Source of the DNA: an uncultured Christensenellaceae bacterium
GTDB lineage: Bacteria; Bacillota; Clostridia; Christensenellales; SZUA-584
Assembly (NCBI GenBank): GCA_964586785.1
Contig: CAZPHS010000005.1
Coordinates: 28,402-92,401, forward strand
Reading direction: 5' to 3'
Length of the DNA: 64,000 nt
Below, piece after piece: positions 38,303 through 48,503 of the stretch. Within the stretch, counting starts at the first letter, position 1; each line of letters starts with the position of its first letter. A program made the translations under genes and the position numbers. Under the pieces are notes generated by a model that was not told where the DNA came from, ran no database searches, and worked only from the letters and a program-made list of their open reading frames with translations.

Positions 38303-40042
38303 ATGGATACAGTTAGAATAAAAAAAGCCAAAAACCTTATTAATAACAAAGCTGTTTTGCTGATTGCTGTTTTAGCAATGATTTTGGCGCTTGCCGCATG
38401 TTCACAACCTATTGAAGAATTAATCATTAAGACGCCGCCTGCAACGCCGTCCCCCGAAGTTACAACACCGGCTGATTCGTGCAAACAAGTTATTGTGCAG
38501 AAATCAGGGCTTAGTAAAGCGGTCAGTGTGCAGGGGCTTGATTCAATAGGCCAGGTCATATGGACAAGGAACTGGATATTGAAAAATGAATGGGATTACA
38601 TCGGTTTCTCGGACGCTCTTTTGCGTGAAAAAATTGTTTATCTGGTCGCGGATCATCATTTAACGGCATTGGATTCAGAAAATGGCGATACCATATGGAT
38701 AAATAGAAATTTTGACTGTAGTTCATGCACCCCTGTTGTAGATAATGATACAATTTATACCGGTGGTTATTATAGCAGCTTTGCAGGTTTTTCTATCGAA
38801 GATGGGACATTTATGTTTTCAACCCCATCGTTGGATGGTGATTTCTATTCGCCTCATAAGCTGGAGTTGCGGGATAATAATATTATCATATATTTCTTAT
38901 GTGGCGCCGCGGAAAAGGAATGTGATGGAGAAGAAGACGAAGGTGATGGGGAATACGAAGGTGAAGACGATGAGTATGAAGAGGAAGTCGAAGAGGGGTA
39001 CGCAATCTTTGATTTAGAAGGTAACCTTTTGTCGGTTTTTGCAGGAGAACGGTGCGAAAAAATTCTTATCAACTATGAAGATGATTCAATTACAGTGCGC
39101 GGTATAAATTCAGCAGGCACGGCATTATGGGCGCGTAATTTTGATATTGTAGATGAATCGGAATATACCGCTTATTCATATGCCGCAATAATCAAGGGAG
39201 TTGCTTATCTACAAATTAATTATTGCATGGCGGCTTTAAATTTCGAAGATGGCTCCACAATTTGGATGAACGAAAAAGACGAAGGCGCATATTGTACGCC
39301 AATCTTACGCGGTACCACAGTTTATAGCTGTGATTATGAGGCTTCGTGTTTAACCGGGTTTTCAACTAAGAACGGTAAAAGGCTATTTGAAACTCCGGCA
39401 AGTGATGATTTTTTCGGGGCATATGACCTTGAATTCAGCGGAGACAATATTCACGTTTATTATGAGTACGCATATGAGGATTATAGTGGAACGGCGCTGT
39501 TTGATACTAAGGGAAAATTAATATCGGTTACGGTAGGAGACCCTTGCGAAAAAGTTGTTTTTGTCTGCAATGATGACGAATTTATAACAATTCACGGGCT
39601 TGATTCAGAAAGCGAGTTATTATGGTCGCGAACCTTTACAATTGCGGATGATTGGGAAGATAACGGAAATTCAAGAGCCTCAGTAAACAATGGAGTAGCT
39701 TATCTTCAAATGAATTATTACATGATGGCGTTGGATTTCGCGACAGGTGAGACAATTTGGAGAAATGAAGATGCAAAGGGAGAATACTGTACTCCCATTG
39801 TTTACGGCGACACGATTTATGCCGGAGATCTTGAGACGTCATTTTTGTCAGGCTTTTCAGTTATTGATGGAGCATTACTTTTTAAAACACCGGCTGGCAA
39901 GCACTGCTCCGGCGGATATGAGCTTGAATTTGTTGGAGATAAAATTCTAGTCCATTTTTGGCAAATAAATGAAGAAGATGATGAAGGAACAGCGTTGTTT
40001 GATTTGAAAGGAAAGCTATTGTCAACTGAAGTTATCGATTGA
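38303..40042 (+). CDS. Acidic lipoprotein with three tandem PQQ-like beta-propeller repeats
   Basis: Lipobox LAAC; three ~165-190 aa units each with G..LW.R, YL....ALD...G.TIW.N, CTP.V....IY, G.A.FD..GKL.S. Confidence 0.75.
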   Translation: MDTVRIKKAKNLINNKAVLLIAVLAMILALAACSQPIEELIIKTPPATPSPEVTTPADSCKQVIVQKSGLSKAVSVQGLDSIGQVIWTRNWILKNEWDYIGFSDALLREKIVYLVADHHLTALDSENGDTIWINRNFDCSSCTPVVDNDTIYTGGYYSSFAGFSIEDGTFMFSTPSLDGDFYSPHKLELRDNNIIIYFLCGAAEKECDGEEDEGDGEYEGEDDEYEEEVEEGYAIFDLEGNLLSVFAGERCEKILINYEDDSITVRGINSAGTALWARNFDIVDESEYTAYSYAAIIKGVAYLQINYCMAALNFEDGSTIWMNEKDEGAYCTPILRGTTVYSCDYEASCLTGFSTKNGKRLFETPASDDFFGAYDLEFSGDNIHVYYEYAYEDYSGTALFDTKGKLISVTVGDPCEKVVFVCNDDEFITIHGLDSESELLWSRTFTIADDWEDNGNSRASVNNGVAYLQMNYYMMALDFATGETIWRNEDAKGEYCTPIVYGDTIYAGDLETSFLSGFSVIDGALLFKTPAGKHCSGGYELEFVGDKILVHFWQINEEDDEGTALFDLKGKLLSTEVID

Positions 40043-40065
40043 ACAGCGATACTGAAAATTCATTA

Positions 40066-40108
40066 GAACGCAATAAGCGGCCATCGCTCCTGACCGCCTA
40101 TTGCGTTC
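40066..40108. terminator. Stem-loop between convergent genes (likely terminator)
   Basis: GAACGCAATAAGCGG...CCGCCTATTGCGTTC followed by TTTTGTTT. Confidence 0.7.
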
Positions 40109-40154
40109 TTTTGTTTGTACACTATCGCGCCGTCATAGGGATGAGGGCAATCGG

Positions 40155-40451
40155 TTATTCCTGTTTTATATTTTCAAGCTGCTCTAAAGCTTCCTCCGAA
40201 AGCGTAAGATAGTACGCTTGGTCGGATTCCGCCTCGGTGCTTCTGTTTTTAGCCTGAGCCGAAAACACATATTTTAGCTGCACGGCCGAAGCCGAAGCCT
40301 TTTCGCTGCCTTTGGTTTTAGTCAAAACTTCGCTTCCCGCTTGTTCGGCCGCCCTTGCGGCGCCGGCCGAATTTGCATAATGCGTGCTTGAATTTAACAC
40401 GCTCATCGCACCGCTCGATTGCGCCCCCTGCAGTACGGATATGCCGGACAT
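40155..40451 (-). CDS. Ser/Ala-rich 98-aa hypothetical protein under c-di-GMP riboswitch
   Basis: Strong GAGGAGGAG RBS; directly downstream of riboswitch and terminator. Confidence 0.75.
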   Translation of the reverse strand: MSGISVLQGAQSSGAMSVLNSSTHYANSAGAARAAEQAGSEVLTKTKGSEKASASAVQLKYVFSAQAKNRSTEAESDQAYYLTLSEEALEQLENIKQE

Positions 40452-40477
40452 AAAACTCCTCCTCTCGAACCGATAAA

Positions 40478-40511
40478 TAAAAACCCTTGCTTAAGATTGA
40501 CAGCAAGGGGT
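40478..40511 (-). terminator. Expression-platform terminator of c-di-GMP-I riboswitch
   Basis: Minus strand CCCTTGC...GCAAGGG followed by TTTTTATTT. Confidence 0.8.
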
Positions 40512-40526
40512 GCAAACAAAATTATT

Positions 40527-40603
40527 TGCAACCCGACTGTCATAGCGTATAAGCCTTAGACTCGTAGCTTTGCGTCCCATCCTTTCGGATAGTTTGCCCG
40601 TTT
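40527..40603 (-). ncRNA. c-di-GMP-I (GEMM) riboswitch
   Basis: GGGCAAACTATCC-GAAA-GGATGGGACGCAAAGC..GAGTCTAAGG..TATGACAGTCGGGTTGCA with the GAAA tetraloop and conserved GACGCAAAG. Confidence 0.93.
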
Positions 40604-40781
40604 TATGTGCTTACTTATATTATTTTATCTATATATAATACATTCCTACACGCTTGAAACATTTATTTTTTGCGCGGCAAAACACATTTGTTTTATATCG
40701 AAATTATTTTATGTTCCGCAAAACGATGGGGCGAAAACCTTCTTTCGAACATAAGCAATACAAGGCTTGTAAAAGCGCCGT

Positions 40782-41897
40782 TTAGTAATGTACGCTTATA
40801 AGATAAAAGATGGTGCCGTTGTAACGCCAACCTATATCCCAAGGCACCCGGTATCTGTCGGCATTGTGGCAATTAACCAGAGGATAGCCTTTAGAGTCAA
40901 AACCCGTTACCACAGCGACGTGCGCCACCGAGCCTTTTTTAGAGTACGCAATAATATCGCCGGGCTGAAGGCTGTAGGCGTGCTTGTAGACGTCCGCGTA
41001 TTTGCCGTTTGAGATAAGCGTCGCCCTGCCGCTGTAAAGCATAAAGCTTCGCAATCCTCCGGCTTTTATCCATGAATAGCTGCCTTTGCCTGATTTGTAA
41101 TTCCATGTGGAGGTCTTTTTAAAGCCGCCCCCTTCGTGCAATACTTGAGAGACAAAGTTAGCGCAGTCTCCCCCTAAAGAGTTGTAATCCGAGTATTTAT
41201 TGTTATAGCCTGTGCTTGCGTTAAACGCGGCGCCGCAGTATTTATCGGCATATTCGACAGCGGCTTTTCTGCGCTCGTTTATATCGGAAATATCTTTTGG
41301 CGGCTGAGACGTTATTTTTTCGCTTATCCCCTCAGGCAGCTTTTCGGTATCAAGTATGCAGGAGAGGGGGTCGGTATACCATTCGCGGCTTATTATAAAC
41401 CCGTCGCCGCGGGGTATCAAATCTAAAGAATGATAGGTGCCTAAATAAAATGAGTTTACAGTGTCCGGCTCGTTTATGTAAGAATACGCGTACTCGTTTG
41501 ATGAAACAATATAAAACGAATGGCCCCTGCCCGCTTGTTTTACGCGTTTTATAATAAAATCGCTGCTTATATTCAGTATTACACATCCCTGTTTTTCCGC
41601 CCAGCCGGAAAGATATTTTGATCTGCGCACTTCGTTTTCATAAGCCCAAAGACCGTTGCGCTCATCCACAAGATACATTGTTTCCAGTCTGTCGAATTCC
41701 GAATGCAATACGGCTTGATTACGCAAATCGAAAATAGTGTTAATAATTTTTCTCCATTTTGCGTCTTCGTCAGAGGATATGGTTTGAAGAGTGGCGGGCA
41801 AAATATCGGATATGAAAAACGCTATAATAAGCGCAAGTATAATAAGAGAAACGTAATATAATAACGTCGTTTTTTTAACGGCTTTAAACAAGAGCAT
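40782..41897 (-). CDS. Putative amidase-domain protein (Amidase_6/YhbB-like)
   Basis: N-terminal TM; AAVEYADKY, GGDCANFVSQ, HVAVV..PLVNCH motifs. Confidence 0.82.
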   Translation of the reverse strand: MLLFKAVKKTTLLYYVSLIILALIIAFFISDILPATLQTISSDEDAKWRKIINTIFDLRNQAVLHSEFDRLETMYLVDERNGLWAYENEVRRSKYLSGWAEKQGCVILNISSDFIIKRVKQAGRGHSFYIVSSNEYAYSYINEPDTVNSFYLGTYHSLDLIPRGDGFIISREWYTDPLSCILDTEKLPEGISEKITSQPPKDISDINERRKAAVEYADKYCGAAFNASTGYNNKYSDYNSLGGDCANFVSQVLHEGGGFKKTSTWNYKSGKGSYSWIKAGGLRSFMLYSGRATLISNGKYADVYKHAYSLQPGDIIAYSKKGSVAHVAVVTGFDSKGYPLVNCHNADRYRVPWDIGWRYNGTIFYLISVHY

Positions 41898-41974
41898 ATC
41901 TTTCCCCCAAAGCGGCGCTATTAATAAAATATGTAAGTATAAAGAAAGGTAGACGTAAAGCGGGTTTATATATT

Positions 41975-42018
41975 AAAAAGCCGCCTTGACGCGTTTTGCG
42001 CCCTAAAAGCGGCTTTTT
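41975..42018 (-). terminator. Likely terminator after cupin gene
   Basis: AAAAAGCCGC...GCGGCTTTTT inverted repeat. Confidence 0.5.
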
Positions 42019-42033
42019 GACCCGTAATCAGTA

Positions 42034-42588
42034 TCAGTAGTGTCTTTCGGCGGTTTCCGCCTCCTCTTTGGTTTGGTGCACGGTACCGTGAGTATGCTGC
42101 GGCGGCGCATAAATTGAATACAGCTTTATAGGCGCGTTGCCTGTATTGGTTAAGTTGTGCCACTTGCCGGCGGGAATAATAAACACAAAATCATCATAAA
42201 CTTTTCTTCTAAAATCAAGCCTGTCTTTTTTATCGCCCATTTCAACAAGTCCCTGCCCTTGTTCTATACGGATAAACTGATCAAGGTGGGGATGCATCTC
42301 CAAGCCTATATCTTCCCCTATATTAATGCTCATCAAAGTAAGCTGCAGATGCTCTCCCGTCCATAAAGCGGTGCGGTAAGTATTATTAAGCTTAGCCGCT
42401 TCGTCAATGTTTATTACAAAAGGCATAGGTCCGTAATCTTTGGAATCTGCATATCGCGTATTCCGCCCGCCGGCATTCTCATTGGCATACGGGTGATTCG
42501 CGTATTCATTGTACTGGCAAAAGTCGTCTGCGTCGTAATGCTCGTCGTAGTACGGGAGATGATGATAACGCCTGTATGGGTTATACAT
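42034..42588 (-). CDS. Cupin-domain protein with Tyr-rich N-terminus
   Basis: DYGPMPFV, YRTALWTG, EMHPHLDQF.RIEQG, IPAGKWHNL. Confidence 0.85.
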   Translation of the reverse strand: MYNPYRRYHHLPYYDEHYDADDFCQYNEYANHPYANENAGGRNTRYADSKDYGPMPFVINIDEAAKLNNTYRTALWTGEHLQLTLMSINIGEDIGLEMHPHLDQFIRIEQGQGLVEMGDKKDRLDFRRKVYDDFVFIIPAGKWHNLTNTGNAPIKLYSIYAPPQHTHGTVHQTKEEAETAERHY

Positions 42589-42745
42589 ATTTTGCTCCTT
42601 TCATATGATATATTCTTATAATATGCGTATAACTGAAAGGTGTGTTTTGCCCGCAAGAGTGAGGAATAACTGAACAATTAGATAAAAAAATTGTTGAATG
42701 CGTACCGGAATTATGCCGCTTAAGCGTTAAACACAAGGAATATGT

Positions 42746-43222
42746 TCACTTAGAAACAATAATAAAATGTTTTTTATTAACAATCAAAAAGATGAAAGCG
42801 ATAATATCAATAATAAATATATATAAAAACAATTCATGTACGTTGCTGCTGATATATTGATATAACAACCATATCGCGTCTACTCCGGCCAACCATAAAG
42901 CCCGTTTATACCAAACGATGTTTCTTTTAAACAGTTGGTATATGACATAAAAGCCGAAAATCGTCCAAATAATATTCCAAGTCGAAACCGCGGGATAATG
43001 TGCTATAAACATTACCGACGCTATTGCCCACATTACGGAGCGTGTACATAAAAAAATAATTGACCATAAAACGCCTTGCGGGTAATCTTTGGAACTTTTC
43101 AGATTGCCGGCACTTGCGTAACTGTTTTTGGCAGTCGTTTCATTTACAAGCATACTTCCGCAATAAGCACAAAACTGTCCGGCGTCGTCGAGTGATTGTT
43201 TACCGCATTTTGTACAAAACAT
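42746..43222 (-). CDS. Zinc-ribbon membrane protein
   Basis: MFCTKCG...FCAYCG followed by about four TM segments; GAGGG RBS. Confidence 0.75.
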   Translation of the reverse strand: MFCTKCGKQSLDDAGQFCAYCGSMLVNETTAKNSYASAGNLKSSKDYPQGVLWSIIFLCTRSVMWAIASVMFIAHYPAVSTWNIIWTIFGFYVIYQLFKRNIVWYKRALWLAGVDAIWLLYQYISSNVHELFLYIFIIDIIAFIFLIVNKKHFIIVSK

Positions 43223-43410
43223 TTGAAAACTTCCCTCAAATATGATAACAAATATATTGTAATTCATAATAGCACATTATTCAACGAGATTATTATGAGC
43301 GGAAAGTTAAGCGGCTTTTCAATATAATAGCGCCGAGTGTTTCGCATTTTTTAGGTCTTTCTGGCCAATACTATTATATTATAAATCCGTAAAATAAGGA
43401 GAGCTTTGCT

Positions 43411-45417
43411 ATGCCCGCCGCAGCCGTTAAACAAAACCGTCTATCCCTTGAAAAATCTCCGTATCTTTTACAGCACGCCGGCAATCCGGTTGACTGGTAT
43501 CCGTGGGGAGACGAGGCTTTCGAAAAAGCCAAAGCGGAGGATAAACCGGTTTTTTTGTCCATAGGCTATTCCGCCTGCCATTGGTGTCATGTGATGGAGC
43601 GCGAAAGCTTTCGGAACGAAGAAGCGGCAAGCCTGCTTAACAAAAGCTTTGTGCCGGTAAAGGTGGACAGGGAAGAACGTCCGGATGTGGATATGGTATA
43701 TATGAACGTCTGCCAGGCGATGACGGGAAGCGGGGGATGGCCGCTTACCGTTTTGTTAACTCCGGAGAAAAAGCCTTTTTTCGCGGGTACATACCTGCCG
43801 CCGCGTTCCATGTACGGGCGCACAGGCCTTGTGGAGCTGCTTGAAAATATATCGCTGCTGTGGAATACGCATAGAAAAGAGCTTATTGAGCAAGGCGAAA
43901 AAGTGGCGGGGCACATGTCTGTTTCAAAAGAGAAGACCGGCTCCGCGGATACGGGCAAGGCGCTTGAAAACGGCTTTCTATCGCTTGAGGCGTTGTTCGA
44001 CAGCGAGCGCGGCGGCTTTTCGTATATACCGAAATTTCCTATGCCGCATTACCTGCTTTTTTTACTGCGCGACCACAAGCTTTATGGGCGAACGCGTTCT
44101 CTTAATATGGTGAAAAAAAGCTTAGAGTATATGTACAGGGGTGGAATATTCGATCATGTAGGCGGCGGATTTTCACGCTATTCCACGGACGAAAAATGGC
44201 TTGTTCCCCATTTTGAAAAAATGCTCTACGATAACGCGCTTTTGCTTAAGGCATACGCAAAGGGCTTCGCGGCGACGGGCAATGAGATGTTTCGGCATGT
44301 CGCCGATAAAACTGCGGCATACCTTATACGCGATATGCAGTCGCCCGAAGGCGGTTTCTATTCGGCGGAGGACGCGGATTCGGAAGGCGGGGAAGGACTT
44401 TTTTACATATGGCAATATGACGAGTTAAAAGAGGCGGTGAACAAAAATGAGTTATCTTTGCTGGAAGACCGTTACGGGCTTAATAAAAAGGGCAATTTTG
44501 AAGGCGGGACTATACTAAACAGAACAGAAACGCAAGGCTTCGCGGACAGGGCGGACGAAGAGGTGCTGGCAAAGCTTTATTTGCACAGAAAAAACAGGGT
44601 GCCGCCGTTTAAGGATACCAAAATATCGGCGGCGTGGAACGGTCTTGCGATAGAAGCGATGGTAAATGCGGGTATGTTCCTTAATGTTACTGAATATATA
44701 ATATGCGCAAACAAAGCGGCGGACTTTGTGCTTGATAAGATGACCGATAAAAAAGGGACTGTAAGCTGCGGAACTTACATTGACGGGGCGGCGGGGCCGG
44801 CGTTCCTCGCAGATTACGCCAACATGATAAACGCTCTCGCGGCGCTTTTTATTGCGCGAAGGGATTTGCGTTATTTGGAGCAGGCTCTTTTGCTTGCGGA
44901 AAAAATGCTTTTGCTTTTTGAAGACGAGCACGGTTTTTATATGAGCGCGCGGGACGAGTTGTTTGTTCGCCCCCGCGACGAGCACGACGGCGCCACGCCT
45001 TCGGGAAGCTCGTGCGCCGTTATGGCGCTTGTGGCTTTATGGCAGATTACCGGAGTGGAGAGGTGGCGTAAAGCGGCGGATAAGGCTATAGCCGCTATGC
45101 TGCCCGGCGCGGCGGAATCCGCGGCGGAGCATATACACTTTCTTTCGGTGCTTATGCTGCGGACAGCGCCGCACCGCCAGATAATAATAGCGGCGCGGGG
45201 AGACAATGCGGAAGCCTTGGCGGCGTATAATACGCTATGCAAAAGATTTGAGCCGTTTACTACGGTTATATGGCACGATATAAGTAAAGAGACGGAAAAA
45301 TTTATTCCGCATATTGCGCATTATAAAAAAGACGCGCCTTTCGCCGGTTACATATGTGAAAATTTTATGTGCAAACAGCCTGTATACTCGGCCGTGGAAT
45401 TGCTGAATATGGTTTAG
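43411..45417 (+). CDS. Thioredoxin-domain protein YyaL/SPATA20 family
   Basis: [51 protein letters not shown]. Confidence 0.93.
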   Translation: MPAAAVKQNRLSLEKSPYLLQHAGNPVDWYPWGDEAFEKAKAEDKPVFLSIGYSACHWCHVMERESFRNEEAASLLNKSFVPVKVDREERPDVDMVYMNVCQAMTGSGGWPLTVLLTPEKKPFFAGTYLPPRSMYGRTGLVELLENISLLWNTHRKELIEQGEKVAGHMSVSKEKTGSADTGKALENGFLSLEALFDSERGGFSYIPKFPMPHYLLFLLRDHKLYGRTRSLNMVKKSLEYMYRGGIFDHVGGGFSRYSTDEKWLVPHFEKMLYDNALLLKAYAKGFAATGNEMFRHVADKTAAYLIRDMQSPEGGFYSAEDADSEGGEGLFYIWQYDELKEAVNKNELSLLEDRYGLNKKGNFEGGTILNRTETQGFADRADEEVLAKLYLHRKNRVPPFKDTKISAAWNGLAIEAMVNAGMFLNVTEYIICANKAADFVLDKMTDKKGTVSCGTYIDGAAGPAFLADYANMINALAALFIARRDLRYLEQALLLAEKMLLLFEDEHGFYMSARDELFVRPRDEHDGATPSGSSCAVMALVALWQITGVERWRKAADKAIAAMLPGAAESAAEHIHFLSVLMLRTAPHRQIIIAARGDNAEALAAYNTLCKRFEPFTTVIWHDISKETEKFIPHIAHYKKDAPFAGYICENFMCKQPVYSAVELLNMV

Positions 45418-45968
45418 AACTGTGCAGCTACACGGCAAGGAAGACCGGAAAGTCCTTCGAAACGGACAGGAAAAACGTAGGCGGTAAACCTTGCGGAAGC
45501 GCGTCCCGCAAGCACTTGCTTAAGATTGCACAAATTTTCTATAACAAAAACGTCTCTTTTCGCGCAGTAATTGTCTGTGGGGGTGTGCTGTTCGCCGCGT
45601 CTTATTCCCGCCGCGTCTATGCCTATATAGCGAACGCGCTTTTCAAGCAGAGAATCTATAAGCGCAAAAGAAAGCCATGGGTGTCCGGAAAAATATTGCG
45701 GGGTGCCGTAAGGCGTTTTGTCAATAAAGCCGGTATGAAAAATTACAAAATCTCCTTCGAATATATCGCAAAGCGGCAGCGAGTCAATTTCGCCGCAGGT
45801 TGTTGAAACGTCAAAAACTATTGCGGGGCATATTGCATGTCGAATATCGAAGCTTTTATCTGCAACGTCAAAGTGTGTGCCAAGATGTCCGAAAGCCGTC
45901 ATTTTTTCATTGGCAAACGCTTTGTCGATATGGTTTTTTGTTACGCTGAGCGTAAGGTCTGTAAGCAT
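45414..45968 (-). CDS. Cyclase/kynurenine formamidase-family metal hydrolase
   Basis: [21 protein letters not shown] motifs. Confidence 0.85.
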   Translation of the reverse strand: MLTDLTLSVTKNHIDKAFANEKMTAFGHLGTHFDVADKSFDIRHAICPAIVFDVSTTCGEIDSLPLCDIFEGDFVIFHTGFIDKTPYGTPQYFSGHPWLSFALIDSLLEKRVRYIGIDAAGIRRGEQHTPTDNYCAKRDVFVIENLCNLKQVLAGRASARFTAYVFPVRFEGLSGLPCRVAAQF

Positions 45969-46328
45969 TTAAAAACCCTGCCTGCGGCGTCCCCGCCTTC
46001 TGCCGCAGCCCTCGCATAAAGAAGGGTCTTTACGTTTAGGACACAGCTTATAGTCTCCGCCCGAAATATTAAGTATGCTGCCGACAACAAGGCTCTTGGC
46101 TATCTTTGCCCGAGCGTCGGTATAAAGGCGCTGCACGGTGGAACGGGCTACCCCCAATTCGACCGCGCACTGCGCTTGGTCCATCCCTTCATGGTCTATA
46201 AGCCTTATTGTTTCATATTCCTCAACGCTGAGTATTACCGGTTCCCCGCTTTCCCTTAATTCCCGCGGCCCGAATACACTGCATTTTGGCATGGAGCATA
46301 TTATTTTTTGTTTGCGCGGCCTGGGCAT
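45969..46328 (-). CDS. DUF134-family predicted DNA-binding protein
   Basis: MPRPRK, EEYETIRLIDHEG..Q..CA..LGVARSTVQR, ISGGDY, C-terminal Cys. Confidence 0.88.
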   Translation of the reverse strand: MPRPRKQKIICSMPKCSVFGPRELRESGEPVILSVEEYETIRLIDHEGMDQAQCAVELGVARSTVQRLYTDARAKIAKSLVVGSILNISGGDYKLCPKRKDPSLCEGCGRRRGRRRQGF

Positions 46329-46424
46329 AAGAAACCTCAACCTCCTTAATAATAAAACAGTCCCGTTTATGGGACTATTTTATCATAATCAGGCGTAAAA
46401 CTCAAATTTGATGAATGCGCGATT

Positions 46425-46673
46425 TTATGTACCGGCGTCCTCTTTGGCTGCCGATTGCAGTTTTTCCGTAAGCTCCGCAACCTGCGCGCGAAGCTGGGCG
46501 ACTTCCGAAGCGAACGCGCCGCCGCCATATTCCGCCCTGAAACGCCTGCCGCAGCCTCTGCCGCGCCGCGCGTAAAAAAAACCGTTTTGCGCTCCCGCCG
46601 CTCCGCATACGCCAAAACCGCCGCCCGTTCCCGGGCATTGTCCCATAGGGCCTGTTCCGTCAAATCCCGGCAT
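46425..46673 (-). CDS. DUF5320-family protein
   Basis: MPGFDGTGPMGQCPGTGGGFG..C, RRGRGCGRRF, C-terminal coiled coil. Confidence 0.85.
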   Translation of the reverse strand: MPGFDGTGPMGQCPGTGGGFGVCGAAGAQNGFFYARRGRGCGRRFRAEYGGGAFASEVAQLRAQVAELTEKLQSAAKEDAGT

Positions 46674-46698
46674 TTTAGTTACCTCCTTTTGTTCAATA

Positions 46699-46819
46699 TG
46701 GGTATATACCCAATTCTGATAACAGTATACATTAGTTATGGGTATATGTCAAATATATTTTTCGTATATATTGACAAAGCGGCGGCGCGGGCATACTATT
46801 AATAAGTGGCATATGACAT
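46699..46819. promoter_or_regulatory. Divergent sigma-A promoters with three related palindromic operators
   Basis: Minus TTGACA(46752)-17-TATACT; plus TTGACA(46771)-17-TACTAT; TGGGTATATACCCA 46699, TGGGTATATGTCAA 46739, GTGGCATATGACAT 46806. Confidence 0.75.
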
Positions 46820-46836
46820 TAAAGGAGTAAACAACT

Positions 46837-47655
46837 ATGGCAGACTGTGATAACTGCCCGTCTAAGGGCAAGTGCGGCGATACCGAAAACTGCACTATAA
46901 AAAACAATCCATACAGTAATGTAAAACGTGTTATAGGGGTGATGAGCGGCAAAGGCGGCGTCGGTAAATCCACTGTTTCGGTGCTTCTGGCGAAAGCGCT
47001 TGTAAAACAAGGCTATAAAGTAGGCATAATGGACGCGGATATAACAGGGCCCAGCATACCGCGGCTCCTGGGAATAAAAAACGCTACAATCGAGCAGAGC
47101 GAAATGGGACTTTTGCCCGCCGATGCCGGTGGAATAAGCGTTATATCGTTAAACCTGCTGCTTCCCGACGAAACGCAGCCTGTTATATGGCGCGGTCCTA
47201 TACTCGCCGGAACGGTCAAACAATTTTGGGAAGAGGTTTTTTGGGGAGAACTCGATTATCTTATAATAGATATGCCGCCGGGCACGGGGGATGTTCCGCT
47301 TACCGTAATGCAATCCATTCCCTTAAGCGGCATGGTAATAGTCAGCGTTCCGCAGGACATGGTTTCAATGATAGTGTCAAAAGCGGTAAAAATGGTTGAG
47401 ATGATGAAAATCAAGCTTATAGGCGTGGTTCAGAATTTCGCGCTGCTCACCTGCCCCGATTGCGGTAAAGAAATACGGCTTTTCGGCGACGCTCAGGACG
47501 ATTTTCAAAAAAGCAGCGGTATACGGCTGCTCGGCGAGCTGCCCATGGCTTCGGAGCTTGCGCGCATAACAGGCGAGGGGCTTATGGTTGCCGACAAACA
47601 TATAACGGAAATTATGGACGGCGTCGCGAAACAGGTTGCGGACGCGGTAGATTAA
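46837..47655 (+). CDS. Mrp/NBP35 (ApbC) Fe-S carrier ATPase
   Basis: CDNCPSKGKC, SGKGGVGKS, DADITGPS, IWRGP, DMPPGTGD, CPDC. Confidence 0.93.
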   Translation: MADCDNCPSKGKCGDTENCTIKNNPYSNVKRVIGVMSGKGGVGKSTVSVLLAKALVKQGYKVGIMDADITGPSIPRLLGIKNATIEQSEMGLLPADAGGISVISLNLLLPDETQPVIWRGPILAGTVKQFWEEVFWGELDYLIIDMPPGTGDVPLTVMQSIPLSGMVIVSVPQDMVSMIVSKAVKMVEMMKIKLIGVVQNFALLTCPDCGKEIRLFGDAQDDFQKSSGIRLLGELPMASELARITGEGLMVADKHITEIMDGVAKQVADAVD

Positions 47656-47697
47656 TACGGCAAATAATAAACGACTTAACAAGCGGTGTGCTTTTCG

Positions 47698-48393
47698 CTA
47701 TTCGAATATTTTCGGGCGGCCGAATGTGTTCCAGTTGTTATTCTGTAAAACGCCGCCGCGGACTATATCGTTATACACCCGCTTATCGACGGTTCGCTTT
47801 AGCACAACGCCGGCAAACCCGCTTACCGCTTCATAGATAAACCCGTGACGGCCTACTATGCCCATATGCGCCACGCGCCCTTCGGCGTTTGTAACAAAAA
47901 CAATATCGCCGGGGCGAAGCTCTTCTTTTGTTATGGGATTGCAGAAATCGTAATATGTGTCGTGAGCCGTCTTGTCCGTATATTCCTCATACAGCTCAAG
48001 CTCGTTGGCAGCATACCACCACAGTCCGCTGCAGTCCCAGGCGTAATCCTGCGGAAAACGGTGTCCGTTTAACTGCGCGGACCGCGCAATACCGCGCAGG
48101 TATTCCAGCCGCCCTCCGTCAAAATAATCGGGATATATTTTGTACGTACTATCAATAAACGAATCGGTAATCGCGTGTCCTTGGCCGCCGAATATATATT
48201 GCCCCCCAACGCAGCCGTCAAGAAAGGTAAGCAGCCGCTCTATATCTCCTTGCGGCTGTTCTTCGTTTTCGTATTTGTACTCATAATACGCGCGCTCCCG
48301 TTCGGTTTCTTCAGCCGAAAGCGCGCAGCCGGAAGTAAGCGCAAGCACAGAAATAATAAGCAGTATGCATGTATTTTTAATTATAGTAAACAT
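47698..48393 (-). CDS. NlpC/P60-family lipoprotein
   Basis: Lipobox TSGC; WDCSGL catalytic Cys, PGDIVF, HMGI. Confidence 0.8.
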   Translation of the reverse strand: MFTIIKNTCILLIISVLALTSGCALSAEETERERAYYEYKYENEEQPQGDIERLLTFLDGCVGGQYIFGGQGHAITDSFIDSTYKIYPDYFDGGRLEYLRGIARSAQLNGHRFPQDYAWDCSGLWWYAANELELYEEYTDKTAHDTYYDFCNPITKEELRPGDIVFVTNAEGRVAHMGIVGRHGFIYEAVSGFAGVVLKRTVDKRVYNDIVRGGVLQNNNWNTFGRPKIFE

Positions 48394-48451
48394 GTTTTGA
48401 ATTATATATTATTATAAGCCGCGAATCAAGACACACAACCTTAATATAGAA

Positions 48452-48481
48452 GAATATGCTTTATGCCTTTCGGAAAAACTA
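48452..48481 (+). promoter_or_regulatory. Sigma-F/G-type promoter of dacF
   Basis: GAATA - 15 nt - GGAAAAACTA. Confidence 0.6.
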
Positions 48482-48503
48482 TAAAAAAACGGGAGAACCG
48501 ATT

